Origin: Alphaproteobacteria bacterium
GTDB lineage: Bacteria > Pseudomonadota > Alphaproteobacteria > UBA828
Assembly: GCA_965214705.1 (NCBI GenBank)
Contig: CBDCCI010000001.1
Span: forward strand, 64,001-128,000
Length of the DNA: 64,000 bases
Direction: 5' to 3'
Shown here: piece after piece, positions 31,315 through 41,011 of the stretch
Layout: the number at the start of each line of letters is the position of its first letter
Numbering within the stretch: position 1 is the stretch's first letter
Notes under the pieces: generated by a model
Databases searched by the model: none
Told to the model about the DNA's origin: nothing
Seen by the model: the letters and a program-made list of their open reading frames with translations, nothing else
Position numbers and translations under genes: made by a program

Positions 31315-32019
31315 TCAGTTGCTGAAGAGTCGGACCGCCGCTTCCTCGTGGCGGGCGGCGGCGACATCGGCGAGCGGCGCATAGGAGCGCGCTTCGTCGA
31401 GGCCGGGCGCCGGCTGCGCCAAGAGCGCTGCCATGCGGGGCCGGAGCCCGCGCAGCATGATCTGCCCGTCGAGGTGGCCGATCAAGCCGAGCCTGAGCGC
31501 GGCACCCAGGATCATCGCGCAGTGCCCGTGCAGACTCACCGCCTCGGCACGGGCGAGGGCGAGGCCGGCGCCCTTGAGCACCACGCCCTGGACCACGGCG
31601 AGATGGCCGTGCGCCTCACCGGCGCGAAGCCGCGCGCGATAGGCCTGGGCACCCGGCGTCTCCATGCGCGCGTGGACACCGAGCAGCGCGGCACCACCCT
31701 TGCGCGAGCCCTCGCGCAGCTCGCGCGGCAGGGTCATTGCCTCCTGCAGGGCGTCGATCTCGGCGACCGCCGGCCAGTCCGGGCAGGCTTGATGGGCGGC
31801 GGCAAGGAAGGCACGTTCGGCCGTGGCCCAGCGGTCCAACACCTGGTCGGTGAGGAACTCTTCGAGCGAAGCCGCGTCCGTCACGATCCCGTCGGCATGG
31901 AGGGTCTCCAGCCCGAGCGAGAACGACACCGCACCGCTCGGGAAGAAGCTGTCGCCGAACTGCAGCGCCGCGAGATCGGCCCCCGCGCCGGTCTCCGCCT
32001 CCGTCATCGAACCGCTCAT
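31315..32019 (-). CDS. ureF: Urease accessory protein UreF
   Basis: LQFGDSFFPSGAVSFSLGLE N-terminus and RHE....RLFSN C-terminus. Confidence 0.9.
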   Translation of the reverse strand: MSGSMTEAETGAGADLAALQFGDSFFPSGAVSFSLGLETLHADGIVTDAASLEEFLTDQVLDRWATAERAFLAAAHQACPDWPAVAEIDALQEAMTLPRELREGSRKGGAALLGVHARMETPGAQAYRARLRAGEAHGHLAVVQGVVLKGAGLALARAEAVSLHGHCAMILGAALRLGLIGHLDGQIMLRGLRPRMAALLAQPAPGLDEARSYAPLADVAAARHEEAAVRLFSN

Positions 32020-32438
32020 GTGACCGTCCAGGGATTGATTAGGTCAATGCCCATATCTTCGAAGTCCCGGACGTTCCGCGTTGCGATCGCCATGCTGTGC
32101 GACCGCGCGATCGCTGCAATTTGACCGTCTGACTGAGAGATAGGGCGCCCGGCGGCGCGGCGGGCCGCCGCGATCTCCGCATAAGCGTGCGCCGCGGCGC
32201 TGTCGAAGGGCAGGACCCGACCACCCATCAGCCGGTCGAACGTGCGCTTGGCCGCGTCGGCAAGAATGCGCTTCCGTCGTCCCTCGGGAAGAAACGCAAT
32301 GCCGGTCAGCACCTCGGCCTTTGTCACCGCCGTCACGAACAGTGCACGCGCAGGCTGCTCGTCAAGCCACGCTAGAACGTCCGCTCGCGGTCGATCACGC
32401 ATTAACTCCGAAACGATGGGGGTGTCCAAAACGATCAT
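32016..32438 (-). CDS. vapC: VapC/FitB PIN-domain toxin
   Basis: MIVLDT..VSELMR, AE, DGQIAAIA, ATRNVRDFE...INPW. Confidence 0.92.
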   Translation of the reverse strand: MIVLDTPIVSELMRDRPRADVLAWLDEQPARALFVTAVTKAEVLTGIAFLPEGRRKRILADAAKRTFDRLMGGRVLPFDSAAAHAYAEIAAARRAAGRPISQSDGQIAAIARSHSMAIATRNVRDFEDMGIDLINPWTVT

Positions 32439-32445
32439 TGTTAAA

Positions 32446-32691
32446 TCACGAGAATTTGGGCGGCTCCCGCATAGGCTCGCGCGGCGGCAACTCAAGCTCT
32501 ATGCCTCCGAGGGGCTTGAAGAGCTCGTGAATTGCCGTTCCCAAGCCCTTGGCTGGCGACGGCTCCCGGTCGACCGCCTCGGCCAAAATCAGACGTGCTT
32601 CCTCTTCCATCGAGCGGCTGTTGCCGGCTGCCCGCATGCGCAGACGAGTCTTCACGCCATCATCCAGATTGCGAATTGTAATGCTCGCCAA
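32446..32691 (-). CDS. FitA/StbC-like ribbon-helix-helix antitoxin
   Basis: ASITIRNLDDGVKTRLRMRAA.N.RSMEEEAR.IL; TTG start after GGAGG. Confidence 0.9.
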   Translation of the reverse strand: MASITIRNLDDGVKTRLRMRAAGNSRSMEEEARLILAEAVDREPSPAKGLGTAIHELFKPLGGIELELPPREPMREPPKFS

Positions 32692-32728
32692 GTTCAAACC
32701 CTCCGATATGCATTTAGACGCTACACTA

Positions 32729-32745
32729 TGATTGCAATGCAATCA
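32729..32745. promoter_or_regulatory. Probable TA autorepression operator
   Basis: Palindrome TGATTGCA-A-TGCAATCA about 40 bp upstream of the antitoxin. Confidence 0.7.
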
Positions 32746-32876
32746 AGCTGGTTTGCTCCTCCTTGTCGTCCTTCTTGTAATCCAGCCGCTGACCCGCTTT
32801 GGCTTCATACCATGCATGCTTTCGGCGCGATCCGATATAGTCCCGCACTGAAGGCAGGCGAGAGCGAGAGGCGGCG

Positions 32877-34322
32877 ATGGCGGCGGCGGGGCAGCGATAC
32901 GACGTCCTTTTCACGGGCGGCACGGTGATCGACGGCACGGGCGCGCCGCGCGTGCGCGCCGATGTCGCCGTCGCGGGCGACCGCATCGCTGCCGTGGGGG
33001 ATCTGGCAGGCGCAAAGGCCGCACGCACCATCGATGCGACCGGGCGCATAGTCTCGCCGGGCTTCATCGACGCCCACACCCACGACGACAACCTGCTGCT
33101 GGTGGACCCGGACGTGACGCCCAAGACCAGCCAGGGCGTCACCACGGTGATTGCCGGCAACTGCGGGGTGAGCCTTGCGCCCCTTACACCCGGCCGACCG
33201 GTGCCGCCGCCGCTCGACCTGCTCGGCCCGCCCGCCGACTTCCGCTACCCGCGCTTCGCCGACTATGTGGCGGCGCTGGACGAGACCCCGCCGGCCGCCA
33301 ATGCGGGCCTGCTGGTCGGCCATTCGGCGCTCCGCCTCGACACCATGGACGACGTCGACCGCCCGGCCACGACCGGCGAGATCGACGCCATGCGCGAACG
33401 GCTGGCCGAAGGGATGGAGGCCGGGGCGCTCGGCTTCAGCACCGGGCTCATCTACGGCCCCAACAAGGCAGCGACCACCGACGAGGTCGCGGCTGTGGCC
33501 GAGGTCGCGGGCGCTGCCGGCGGCCTCTACGTTACCCACATGCGCAACGAGCACGACGGCGTCGAGGAGGCGATGGAGGAGGCCTTCGAGATCGGCCGCC
33601 GCGCTGGTGCCGGTGTCGTCATCTCCCACCACAAGTGCGCCGGGCGGCAGAATTTCGGGCGGAGCCGCGACACGCTCGCGCTGATCGAGAAGACCCGCGA
33701 GAGCCAGGCGGTCGGCCTCGACGTCTACCCCTACACCGCAGGCTCCACGGTGCTGCTGGCGGACATGGTGGAGAAAGCGGAGCGCGTAATCGTCACCTGG
33801 TCCGAGCCGCATCCGGAGTATGCGGGCCAGGACCTCGAAGAGGTGGCCGCCGCGCTCGGCCTCGATCCGGTGGCCGCCGTGCCGAAGCTGCAACCGGCGG
33901 GCGGTATCTACTTCATGATGGACGAGGCGGACGTCCGCCGCATCATCGCCTACGAGCACAGCATGATCGGCTCCGACGGCCTGCCCCACGACCGCCACCC
34001 GCACCCCAGGCTCTGGGGCACCTTCCCGCGCGTGCTCGGCCACTACGCACGCGAGCTCGGCCTGCTCGCTCTGGAGGATGCGGTGCGCCGCATGACCGGG
34101 CTCACCGCCGCCCAGTTCGGCCTCACCGATCGCGGCGAGGTGCGCGCCGGCGCGTTTGCCGATCTCGTGATGTTTGACGCGGAGACCATCGCGGACCGGG
34201 CGACCTTCGAGGCGCCGACCCGGCCCGCCGCCGGCATCGACATCGTCATGGTGAACGGCACCATCGTGCGCGAGGCGGGCCAGACCACCGGCGAGCGGCC
34301 AGGCCGGGCATTGCGGCGGTAG
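32877..34322 (+). CDS. N-acyl-D-amino acid deacylase (D-aminoacylase)
   Basis: PGFIDAHTHDD, QGVTTV..GNCG, THMRNE, ISHHK, GSDG...PHPRLWGTFPRVLG. Confidence 0.92.
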   Translation: MAAAGQRYDVLFTGGTVIDGTGAPRVRADVAVAGDRIAAVGDLAGAKAARTIDATGRIVSPGFIDAHTHDDNLLLVDPDVTPKTSQGVTTVIAGNCGVSLAPLTPGRPVPPPLDLLGPPADFRYPRFADYVAALDETPPAANAGLLVGHSALRLDTMDDVDRPATTGEIDAMRERLAEGMEAGALGFSTGLIYGPNKAATTDEVAAVAEVAGAAGGLYVTHMRNEHDGVEEAMEEAFEIGRRAGAGVVISHHKCAGRQNFGRSRDTLALIEKTRESQAVGLDVYPYTAGSTVLLADMVEKAERVIVTWSEPHPEYAGQDLEEVAAALGLDPVAAVPKLQPAGGIYFMMDEADVRRIIAYEHSMIGSDGLPHDRHPHPRLWGTFPRVLGHYARELGLLALEDAVRRMTGLTAAQFGLTDRGEVRAGAFADLVMFDAETIADRATFEAPTRPAAGIDIVMVNGTIVREAGQTTGERPGRALRR

Positions 34323-34342
34323 GTGGCGCCTGCGCCGGGCGT

Positions 34343-34921
34343 TTAGATTGCGTGGCGGCCAAGCCGGTCGCGTAGCTCCTTAACGTTCCGCTTCACGCCC
34401 TGCATGTGGGGGTTGTGGATCAGCGCCTGCTCGAACGCGTCGAGCGCCTCCTCCTCGTTGCCGAGCCTGAGCTGGCAAAGACCCAAACCAGAGAGAGCGC
34501 CGAAGTGGCGCGGCTCGCGCTTGAGAGTCTCAGCGATGTCGGCGATCGAGCCCTCGTAGTCGCCTATCAGGTAGCGCAGCGTCGCGCGGCGGTTCCAGCC
34601 TTCGGAAAGGTCGGGCCGGAGTTCGATGACTCCGTTAAGGATTGCGTACGACCGATTGTACTGGCCCGTGGAGAGCGCGATATCACCGGCACGAAGCATG
34701 CGATCCATCTTTTCGGAGCCGGTGTCGAACCAGCGCGCCCAGATCTGCGCCTCGATCTGGCGGACCAGCTGCGGGCTCTGTGCGGCCTTGAGGTCGCGGA
34801 AGAGGCCGTCCAGCGCTGGGTCGTTCTGATCCGCCAAGGCAGTCCCCGTAGCGCCGAGCGCCAGCAGCAGCGCGAGTGCCAGCGCAGGCAGGCATCGCAG
34901 GCAGCGTCTCCAGGGCACCAT
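34343..34921 (-). CDS. Exported TPR-repeat protein
   Basis: Signal peptide; EGWNRRAT, EPRHFGALSGLG. Confidence 0.85.
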   Translation of the reverse strand: MVPWRRCLRCLPALALALLLALGATGTALADQNDPALDGLFRDLKAAQSPQLVRQIEAQIWARWFDTGSEKMDRMLRAGDIALSTGQYNRSYAILNGVIELRPDLSEGWNRRATLRYLIGDYEGSIADIAETLKREPRHFGALSGLGLCQLRLGNEEEALDAFEQALIHNPHMQGVKRNVKELRDRLGRHAI

Positions 34922-34986
34922 GCGCCAGCGTAAACCCGCAGCGCCTGACGCGCCAAGCAACTTATCGTTATTCGCTCCAATCCAGG

Positions 34987-36189
34987 CTACGCCGCACCGA
35001 CCTCCTGCCGCACCAGCGGCCGGTCGCGGATCGGCCAGTGTAGCACCGCCGCCGCCACGCCCAACGCCACCGCAGCCATCCACACCGCGTCGTAGGAGCC
35101 GGTCGTGTCGTACACGTAGCCGCCGAGCCAGGCGCCGAGGAAGGAGCCGAGCTGGTGGCTGAAGAACACGATGCCGAAGAGCGCGCCCAGGTAGCGGGGT
35201 CCGAAGATTTGAGCGACAAGGCCGCTGGTGAGCGGCACGGTGCCAAGCCAGAGCAGGCCCATCAGCGCGGAGAACACGAGAACGCTCGCCTCGGTTACCG
35301 GCGCCACGAGGAAGATTCCGAGGACCGCCGCGCGGCCAAGGTAGAAAAGCGAGAGCACGTACTTCTTGCGGTGCCGGTCGCCGAGCCAGCCGGCGGCGAA
35401 GGTGCCGACGATGTTACCGAGCCCGATCACCGCGATCGCCGTTGCTCCCACCATCGGCGCAAGCCCCGCGTCGGTGATGAAGGGCGGCAGGTGGGTCGCG
35501 ATGAAGTATACGTGGAAGCCGCAGACGAAGAAGCCGCCGCAGAGCAGCCAGAAGCCGCTGTGGGCGCGGGCCTCGGCAAGCGCTTCGCTCAGCGTCTGGG
35601 CGCTGCCCTCGGGCGGCCTGTGGCTGCCGCGCATGCCCACGAGACACGGCACCATCATCGCCGCGATCCCGCAGTAGGCAATCAGCGCCATGGACCAGCC
35701 GACGCCGTCGATCAAGGCGCCGCCGACCGGGGCTAGTGCGAACTGTCCGAAGGAGCCGCCGGCTGCCGCGATGCCGAGCGCCATGCTGCGCCGCTCCGGC
35801 GGCACGGCGCGCCCCACCGGGCCAAGCACCACCGCGAACCCGGTGGCGCTGATGCCGAGGGCGACGAGCACGCCCTGGCTCAGGTGCAGCCCAAGCGCGC
35901 CGTCGGCCCAGGCCATCCACAGCAGGCCTGCGACGTAGATCACGGTCCCGAGCAGGACGACCGGCACCGCCCCGTGGCGGTCGGCGAGCGCGCCGAAGAT
36001 GGGCTGGCTGATGCCCCAGACGAGGCCCTGGATCGCGATAGCCATCGCAAAGGTCTCGCGGGAAATGCCGATGTCGAGGCTCATCGGCGTGAGGAAGAGA
36101 CCGAAGCTGCTGCGGAGCCCGTTGCTGATGGTCAGCACCAGGGCCGCGCAGAGGACGAGCGCGACTACGCCTGCGGTGGGCCTGCTCAT
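34987..36189 (-). CDS. MFS transporter
   Basis: 12-TM pattern; GALADRHG, GFFVCGFH, LLWLGTVPLT. Confidence 0.92.
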   Translation of the reverse strand: MSRPTAGVVALVLCAALVLTISNGLRSSFGLFLTPMSLDIGISRETFAMAIAIQGLVWGISQPIFGALADRHGAVPVVLLGTVIYVAGLLWMAWADGALGLHLSQGVLVALGISATGFAVVLGPVGRAVPPERRSMALGIAAAGGSFGQFALAPVGGALIDGVGWSMALIAYCGIAAMMVPCLVGMRGSHRPPEGSAQTLSEALAEARAHSGFWLLCGGFFVCGFHVYFIATHLPPFITDAGLAPMVGATAIAVIGLGNIVGTFAAGWLGDRHRKKYVLSLFYLGRAAVLGIFLVAPVTEASVLVFSALMGLLWLGTVPLTSGLVAQIFGPRYLGALFGIVFFSHQLGSFLGAWLGGYVYDTTGSYDAVWMAAVALGVAAAVLHWPIRDRPLVRQEVGAA

Positions 36190-36243
36190 GTGCGAGCCCT
36201 GCCGGCCGATCGGGCCAAGCCGCGAATCAACACCATCGCTGAC

Positions 36244-37548
36244 TCAGCCGTGGCGCGCGAGCGCGCGTTCCAGGATCGCGACGGCGCGGTCGATCTGCGT
36301 CTCGCTGGTGCAGAAGGGCGGCACGAAGCGGAGCACGTTGCGATGCTGGCCGCGTACCGAGAACAGCAGCCCCTCGCCCAGGCTTTCGCGGTAAATCTCC
36401 TGTGCCTCTTCGCTCGCGGGCTCCTTGGTTGCGCGGTCGCGCACCAGCTCCACGCCCTGCAGGCAGCCCTTGCCGCGCACGTCTCCGATCATGGGGAAGC
36501 GCTGCTGCAGGCTTTCCATGCGCGCCTGCCAGTAGGTGCCGATGGCCCGCGCCTTGGCGGGCAGATCCTCGATCAGGATTTCGTCCAGGCTGGCGAGGCC
36601 CGCCGTGCAGGCGATGGGATCGGAAGAATGCGAGTGGCCGAAGGTGAGCCCGCCCGCAAGCGCGCGCTCGGCGATCGCGTCCGTCGTCACCATGGCGCTG
36701 ATGGGGAGGCCGCCGCCGAAGTGCTTTGACAGCGTCATGATGTCCGGCACCACGCCGTGCTGCTGGTAGGCGTAGAGGGTGCCGAGCTTTCCGAGCCCGG
36801 TCTGCGCCTCGTCCAGGATCAACAGCGCACCGCGCGCCTCCAGCCCCGCCTTCAGCGCCTCGAGGTAGCCGGGCGGCATCTCGATCACCCCGCCCGCGCT
36901 GATCAGCGGCTCGGCGATGACGGCCGCGAGATTGTTCGGGCATTCGCGGTCGAGCAGGTCGAAGGCGATGGCGAGCAGCGGCGCCCACCAGTCATCGCCG
37001 TCGGCGCCCACCGGTGAGCGGTAGGCGTAAGGCGCGGGAATCGCATGCACGTCCGGGATGGAGGGGCCGTTGCCGGCGGTGGTCGCAGCGAAGCTGATGG
37101 CGCGGGTGACGTCGGTGTAGCCGTGGAAGGCCAGATGCAGCGCGCCGACGCCGCTGCGCCCGGTCGCACGCCGGGCGAAGAGCACCGCCGCCTCGTTGGA
37201 ATCGGCGCCGGACTGGATGAAGAGCGAGCGGCTGAGCGGCGCATCGAAGGTCTCGGCAAGCCGGGCGGCAAGCCGCAATTGCGGCTCGTTGAAATAGACA
37301 GAGCTCGCGTGGGTCAGCGTGCCCAGACCCTCCCGCACCGCCTGGGTCACGCGCGGGTTGTTGTGGCCGATCGCGGAGCACATCTGGCCCGAGTTGAAGT
37401 CGAGATAAGCTTGGCCCTCGGAATCGAAGATCTCCGCACCGTCAGCGCGGACGAAGACCGGCCCGTCCGCCGCCGGAACCACGTCCGAGAGCAGCTCGCC
37501 CTGGATCAGATGACGCGCGCCGGCAGCGCGCAGCGCCGCGATGTCCAC
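36244..37548 (-). CDS. Class III PLP aminotransferase, 2,2-dialkylglycine decarboxylase-like
   Basis: LDFNSGQM, LILDEAQTG, TLSK, HSSDP; GTG start after AGGGAGG. Confidence 0.8.
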   Translation of the reverse strand: MDIAALRAAGARHLIQGELLSDVVPAADGPVFVRADGAEIFDSEGQAYLDFNSGQMCSAIGHNNPRVTQAVREGLGTLTHASSVYFNEPQLRLAARLAETFDAPLSRSLFIQSGADSNEAAVLFARRATGRSGVGALHLAFHGYTDVTRAISFAATTAGNGPSIPDVHAIPAPYAYRSPVGADGDDWWAPLLAIAFDLLDRECPNNLAAVIAEPLISAGGVIEMPPGYLEALKAGLEARGALLILDEAQTGLGKLGTLYAYQQHGVVPDIMTLSKHFGGGLPISAMVTTDAIAERALAGGLTFGHSHSSDPIACTAGLASLDEILIEDLPAKARAIGTYWQARMESLQQRFPMIGDVRGKGCLQGVELVRDRATKEPASEEAQEIYRESLGEGLLFSVRGQHRNVLRFVPPFCTSETQIDRAVAILERALARHG

Positions 37549-37605
37549 CGTTGCCTCCCTTGCGGAATCGTCGGGCGCGATCCTAGCTTGCAAGCCCTAC
37601 CTGGG

Positions 37606-38364
37606 TCACGTCGGCGAGCGCTCGGCCCAGCCAGCGAAGATGCGCTCCAGCACCACGACAACGTAGAAGAGCAGAATGCCAAGGGCCGCGAGCGCAATGA
37701 GCACGGCAAACATCAGGGGATAGTCCGCGCTTATCTTGCCGCTGTCGAATAGATGGCCGAGGCCGCGTCCATGCGGTTCCACGATCTCCATCAGGTTCGT
37801 GCCGATGAAGGCGAGCGTGACCGCAACCTTGAGGGCCCCGAAGAACTCCGGGAGCGTCTTGGGAAGCGCAATCTTCCAGAAGATCGTGAATCGGGACGCG
37901 CCGAGCGCGGCGAGGATGTCACGGTATTCCGGCTCGAGAGTGGAAAGCCCGATCGAGACGGAAACGGCGATGGGAAAGAAGGAAATCAGGAACGCGATCA
38001 GGATCGTGTTCATGTCGTGCGCGCCGACGAACAGCAGCGCGATGATGGGGACGACGGTCGCCTTGGGTATGGCGTTGAAGCCGACGAGCAGCGGGTAAAG
38101 CGCATCCCGCATGGTCCGGTTCAACCCCATGATCATGCCGAGTAGCACGCCGACGGCCACGGACAGAAGGAGCCCCGCCACGGTTCGCCACAGCGTGTCC
38201 CATCCGTACTCGAGGAAGAGCCAGCGGAACTTCCAGAAGGCAGGTCCAAGATCCGAGGGTGAAGCCATCTTGTAGTTGGGCCAGTCGTTCACCCAAACCA
38301 CGGCCTCCCAGAGCAGGGCGAACACGATGATCGCGATAACCGGCGCAAAAAGGCGCCAGTTCAT
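37606..38364 (-). CDS. NitT/TauT-type ABC permease
   Basis: GFNAIPK, SFFPI, KIALPKTLPEFFGALKV. Confidence 0.9.
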   Translation of the reverse strand: MNWRLFAPVIAIIVFALLWEAVVWVNDWPNYKMASPSDLGPAFWKFRWLFLEYGWDTLWRTVAGLLLSVAVGVLLGMIMGLNRTMRDALYPLLVGFNAIPKATVVPIIALLFVGAHDMNTILIAFLISFFPIAVSVSIGLSTLEPEYRDILAALGASRFTIFWKIALPKTLPEFFGALKVAVTLAFIGTNLMEIVEPHGRGLGHLFDSGKISADYPLMFAVLIALAALGILLFYVVVVLERIFAGWAERSPT

Positions 38365-39230
38365 TCGCCCTCCTCCCGTGGGGCTCTGCCCTGCGCGATC
38401 TGTATCTGGTCCCGAAGTTCTCCCAGCATTTCTGTCCCCTCCGGGGTGTAGAGGAGGCCGAGATCCCGTTCGCCCTTCCACGGGACATCCATCGTGTATT
38501 GCGTGAATGCTGGACGGCCTGAAAGCACGATCACCTGATCCGCCAGAAAGATCGATTCCCGTAGATCGTGCGTGATCATGACGCCGGTGAACGGCTCCTC
38601 CGACTTCACCTTCTGCATCGTCTGCCAGAGGTCTTCGCGCGTGAACGCATCCAGCGCCCCGAACGGCTCATCGAGGATCAGCACTTCCGGCTTGTGCACG
38701 ATTGAACGGCACAGCGAGGCGCGCTGGCGCATGCCGCCCGAAAGCTCACTCGGTCGCTTGCGCTCAAATCCCTCGAGGCCGACGAGGGTCAGAAGCTCCA
38801 GCGCGCGCGCCTCTTTCTCCCGCTTGGGCATGCGCGGGGCCACGAGCTCAAGCGGCAGCGTCACGTTCCGCAGTACGGAACGCCATTCAAGCAGGACAGG
38901 GTTCTGGAACGCCATGCCGACCGAGGACTTCGGGCCCGTGACCCGCTCCCCGTGCAGCCAGACTTCGCCCGCATTCGGCTCCAGCAAACCGGCGATCAGG
39001 CGCGTGAGTGTTGACTTGCCGCAACCGGACGGGCCGACCACGGCCACGAAGCCTCCCTCGGGAACCTGCATGTCGACGCCGTCGAGGACGGGCAGCCGTC
39101 CGTCCTTCGTCTCATAGGTAAGCTTGACGTCTCTTATGTCGATCAGGGCATCCGTGGGAGGCTGCCCGCCGACAGGCCGACCTTCCTCTGACCCCTGCGT
39201 TTGGCCGCCGGCCGGAGAGGTTTTATTCAC
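38361..39230 (-). CDS. NitT/TauT-type ABC ATPase
   Basis: GPSGCGKS, LSGGMRQR, LDEPFGALD. Confidence 0.93.
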   Translation of the reverse strand: MNKTSPAGGQTQGSEEGRPVGGQPPTDALIDIRDVKLTYETKDGRLPVLDGVDMQVPEGGFVAVVGPSGCGKSTLTRLIAGLLEPNAGEVWLHGERVTGPKSSVGMAFQNPVLLEWRSVLRNVTLPLELVAPRMPKREKEARALELLTLVGLEGFERKRPSELSGGMRQRASLCRSIVHKPEVLILDEPFGALDAFTREDLWQTMQKVKSEEPFTGVMITHDLRESIFLADQVIVLSGRPAFTQYTMDVPWKGERDLGLLYTPEGTEMLGELRDQIQIAQGRAPREEGE

Positions 39231-39280
39231 CGAAACCGACTCCCCGGCCGGCGTATGTAGAAAACTCTGCCGCGGTCAGA

Positions 39281-40291
39281 CTACTGGAGCATTCTCATTT
39301 CAGCCGCGGGCAGATAGGCATCCGTGAAATAGAGCGAAGCGTCCGGCTCGTTCTGGAACTCGTACGTCTCCGCGATCTGCATCAGCGCCTTCTCCATGCG
39401 CACAGCATCGATGCCGCCGATTCCGTTGGCGCTCGTGTAGTCCGTCAGCACGTTGGCGTCGATGGAAAGCTGAAGCCGACGAGTCTCGAGCGCCGCATCG
39501 GCGGCGGGGTTCCGCTCGATCAGCGACTCGATGGCCTTGGCCGGATTGGCGATGGCATCCTTCCACCCTTTCGCCACCGCGGTGATGAACCCCGTGACGT
39601 TGTCGGCGTTGTCGGCCGCATAATCGGTGTTCACAATGACCGCGTTGCCGTAGAGCGCGAGACCGTAATCCGCCATCAGGATGGTCGAAATGTCGTCCTC
39701 CGGCACGCCGAGGCGGACGAGATTCAGGAAGGACGAGAAGGAATAGCCTGTCACGGCATCCACGTTGCCTTCTGCAAGCATCGGCTCGCGGGTCGGGAAG
39801 CCGACGGGCTCGACGGTGATTTTGCCCATATCGAGGTCGTTGGCGGTGGCAAAGGCCGGGAATTGGGCCCAGGCACCATCCGGCGGAGGTGCTCCAAGCA
39901 CCCGTCCCTCGAGATCCTTCGGTACGCTGACGCCGAGGCTCTTGCGACCGACGACGGCGAACGGCGGCTTGTCATAGATCATCATGACCGCGATGACCGG
40001 TGCACCGGGATTCTGGTCCAGGAACTTGACCAGAGAGTTGATGTCCGCGAAGCCGACCGGGAAGGCACCGGTGGCGACCTTGGGAATGGCATCCAGTGAG
40101 CCCTGGCCGGCGGAAATCTCGACGTTGAGGCCAGCGGCTTCAAAATGGCCATTGTCGATGGCCGCGAAATACGGCCCAGAGGGACCTTCGAACTTCCAGT
40201 CAAGCGCGAAGGGCATGTCCTCCTGGGCGCTAACAGGCCCTGCCACAGCCAGGGTGGCGGCGGCCAGAATTGCGAGAGCAAATTTTCTCAT
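39281..40291 (-). CDS. NMT1/THI5-like ABC substrate-binding protein (possibly pyrimidine/nucleobase)
   Basis: Signal peptide; LDWKFEGP, GFADINS, LGAPPPDGA, LYGN. Confidence 0.85.
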   Translation of the reverse strand: MRKFALAILAAATLAVAGPVSAQEDMPFALDWKFEGPSGPYFAAIDNGHFEAAGLNVEISAGQGSLDAIPKVATGAFPVGFADINSLVKFLDQNPGAPVIAVMMIYDKPPFAVVGRKSLGVSVPKDLEGRVLGAPPPDGAWAQFPAFATANDLDMGKITVEPVGFPTREPMLAEGNVDAVTGYSFSSFLNLVRLGVPEDDISTILMADYGLALYGNAVIVNTDYAADNADNVTGFITAVAKGWKDAIANPAKAIESLIERNPAADAALETRRLQLSIDANVLTDYTSANGIGGIDAVRMEKALMQIAETYEFQNEPDASLYFTDAYLPAAEMRMLQ

Positions 40292-40468
40292 GGAATACGA
40301 CCTCCTCCTTTTCGGATTGCTTGGCACCCTACTGGAATCCAATGCCGCCGAAAACCAGGGACGGCTTTCTGCAACGGGCGGAGGCACGGCTTTGGCCGCA
40401 GCATCCTGAACGGAGTGGGCGCTCGCCGCGGGCCGTAGCCCGTACCATGGTCCGGAGTGCCGATAGGT

Positions 40469-41011
40469 TCAGCCCCGGACGGGAAGCGCCACGACAGGCG
40501 GCACGCGGAGACACGTGCGTTTACCCACGCCGGCAAGGATCGTCAGCAAGTCGCCCGCTGCCACGGCAACGCAGCCTGCGGTGGGCGCGTAGTCCGGCTG
40601 GGCGACGTGCAGGAATACCGCACTACCGAGCCCCGGAACCACGGGCGCATCGTTGTGGCCGAGGATGACGATCAGGTCGTACACATGATCCGCCCGCCAG
40701 AGCTCCTCATGGCGGGCCTCGTGCGGCTGGCGCAGCGGCCGGTTGTAGAGTGGGTGGCCGGGGTCGTCGCACCAGCCGTCCCGCGGGCTCAACGGCGTGA
40801 TGGGGAGCGCTGTGCGCGGCGGCGCCATGCGGTCGGGTCGATAGAAGACCCGGCGGAGGGGAAAACGGCCGGCGGGGGTCGCGCCGTCGCCCTCGCGCTT
40901 GTTCGAGCGAACCCCGCCCCAGCCGATAGCGCAGGCGAACTGGCGCCCGCGCCAGCGGAGACCGTTCGGCGGATAGACGACAAGATCGTCGTTGGGCGCG
41001 CGGCTGCTCAC
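40469..41011 (-). CDS. L,D-transpeptidase catalytic-domain protein
   Basis: [22 protein letters not shown]...TAGCVA. Confidence 0.85.
   Translation of the reverse strand: MSSRAPNDDLVVYPPNGLRWRGRQFACAIGWGGVRSNKREGDGATPAGRFPLRRVFYRPDRMAPPRTALPITPLSPRDGWCDDPGHPLYNRPLRQPHEARHEELWRADHVYDLIVILGHNDAPVVPGLGSAVFLHVAQPDYAPTAGCVAVAAGDLLTILAGVGKRTCLRVPPVVALPVRG

Noticed and set aside
28837-32124. 1095-aa plus-strand ORF and similar long antisense ORFs (e.g. 57576-59405, 23421-24680, 15927-17186)
   Set aside because: Shadow ORFs opposite well-supported genes in high-GC DNA; no motifs.
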